This document shows, piece after piece, positions 62,601 to 64,000 of a DNA stretch of 64,000 nucleotides. This stretch comes from Fistulifera solaris (lineage: Eukaryota). The notes beneath the pieces were generated by a model. The model made no database searches. It had not been told where the DNA came from and saw only the letters and a list, made by a program, of their open reading frames with translations. Each line of letters starts with the position of its first letter. The stretch's first letter is position 1. Where the stretch lies: assembly GCA_030295235.1 (NCBI GenBank), contig AP026139.1:124001-188000 (forward strand), given 5' to 3'. A program made the translations under genes and the position numbers.

Positions 62601-64000
62601 TGTAGGAATGGCCAAAATCAAGTCAGCCAGTATTTGCAAAAGATCCGCAGCCCAAAGGAAAGTAGTATTTTCATTTTTTGAAAATAGCGTCGACTCGTCG
62701 ACTGCCATTTCTATTACCGAGTCGATAACAAGGCAGACAATGCAAGAAGTAGGCGTGTCTTTTGAAACGTGAACCTGCTTGTGATCCGATTTTTCTTTTT
62801 GAGGAGTCTTTTTTGAGACTGAGTTTCGTTTCGATGACTTGGCGGGAAGCATTTTTATTTTCGAGGGCGATGACTCTTTGTTTGAATGGATATCAGTTCC
62901 AACGACAAGTTCTTCCTTGTCGGCCTTCTCCGCGGCTGCAAGTGAATCCACTCTGCTTCGTCTGGTCTTTCCCTCTATCATCCTTATTCGCACTGGTCCG
63001 CTTTCTCCTTGCTCATAATCGACCTCTACACAGAGAGCAAGCGCTTTCAAAAATAAATCGGGGTCTCTGTACAATAGCGGAGTAACGGTGTCGAGTAACG
63101 ATCTCAAAGAAAACGATTTCTGCCCTGTATTGCTTTTTCTTGCTCAGTTTCGCGATAGAGGCCCTTATTTCATTTTCCATTGTCATCTGCAAAGAAGTCT
63201 CGTCTTCCATCAATCGACGGAGAACCAACGTGACTAGTCCAGAATTTCCGGTAAAGCGGGCTTCTTGTGGCAAATTTAGGATGGCTTCAACGATTCCACA
63301 CCGAAGAAACTGAGCGGATATGTTAGAGAAATGACAGAGCCGGAGCAATAGGAGTAAGCCTGCTTGTGCTAATCCTGGAGATAGGGCGTTGTCTTGTGGG
63401 AAATCAACGAGAAGCCGTCTACAAATAGCGACGCAGGATTGTAGCAGCGAGCTAGGAAGAAGTGGGAAAAACACGGGAAGGGATGCTAGAGAAACTTTCC
63501 TCGTCGCACTACGTCCTTTATCGGCTTTCTCAGGATCGGCATCGCTCCGCTCATGATTGTTGCTGCTCGATGAATTTTGTGCGTCGCGTGAGCCTTCGTG
63601 TCCATTAATCAAAGAAAAAACAGCATCCGCAGTACATGAAAGTGCCGCGAGTCTGTCCGAATGATCCTTGTAGACACGATGGAAGTCGCTTTCTACTTCT
63701 GCACCGCCATCTTCACTTTGATCTTCAGTCAATACAGCACTTGGCTGTGCCATAATATCAAGTAGCAGCAAAGACGGGGTCATCCACGCGGGACTCGAAC
63801 GTACACTGGGGTCCCTCGATTCAAGATAAACCGATAAGCAAGCAACAAGGTCGGACACAATGTTAAATTTCAGAACTGACAGCCGTGTTCTAGGAAGTGC
63901 GCGGATGAAAAGTACTGTGGCGTGGCACAAAGACGCTACACAGCTTTCGTCATCCTTGTCGATTCTATGCGGACTCATATCAGTTCCTTCTTTCAAACTT
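56635..64000 (-). CDS. HUWE1/Tom1/UPL1-like HECT E3 ubiquitin ligase; 5' end outside the window, several frame breaks
   Basis: Acidic tract, three UBM-like repeats (DPEVFNSLP, DPSVLAELPEDIR, FIASLAPGLREEVL), EEGIDAGGLSRE, LQFVTGSSKVP, catalytic AHTCFNSLDLP. Confidence 0.95.

Overview
Gene-dense eukaryotic nuclear DNA, most likely from a diatom. This is inferred from short GT-AG introns, signal-peptide+F bipartite plastid presequences and diatom-style kinase and low-complexity families; the species cannot be named. Recognisable genes in order: pyruvate formate-lyase fused in-frame to its radical-SAM activating enzyme (5'-truncated), PRA1, TEN1-like, dihydroxyacid dehydratase, RAD51, two tandem CPA2-type cation/H+ antiporters, a protein kinase, type II glutaminyl cyclase, ferredoxin-nitrite reductase, UBC9, mitochondrial ClpB, an ER DnaJ-ShKT protein, a cold-shock protein, eEF3, AMPK/SNF1 beta, RBM8A/Y14, eIF3a and a 5'-truncated HUWE1/Tom1-like HECT ligase. 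A full-length Ty3/gypsy LTR retrotransposon (299-bp LTRs identical by eye, CACCT target-site duplication) lies at 43955-49257. Many conserved genes have single-base frame breaks, mostly in homopolymer runs, which most likely reflects assembly error. Best leads: the PFL-activase fusion, an unannotated hairpin-containing intergenic repeat family (5 copies), a strongly structured non-coding segment at 3645-3840, a plastid-targeted prion-like protein, and a small 'IVxDNA' motif protein family. All calls are by-eye motif recognition; no searches were run.
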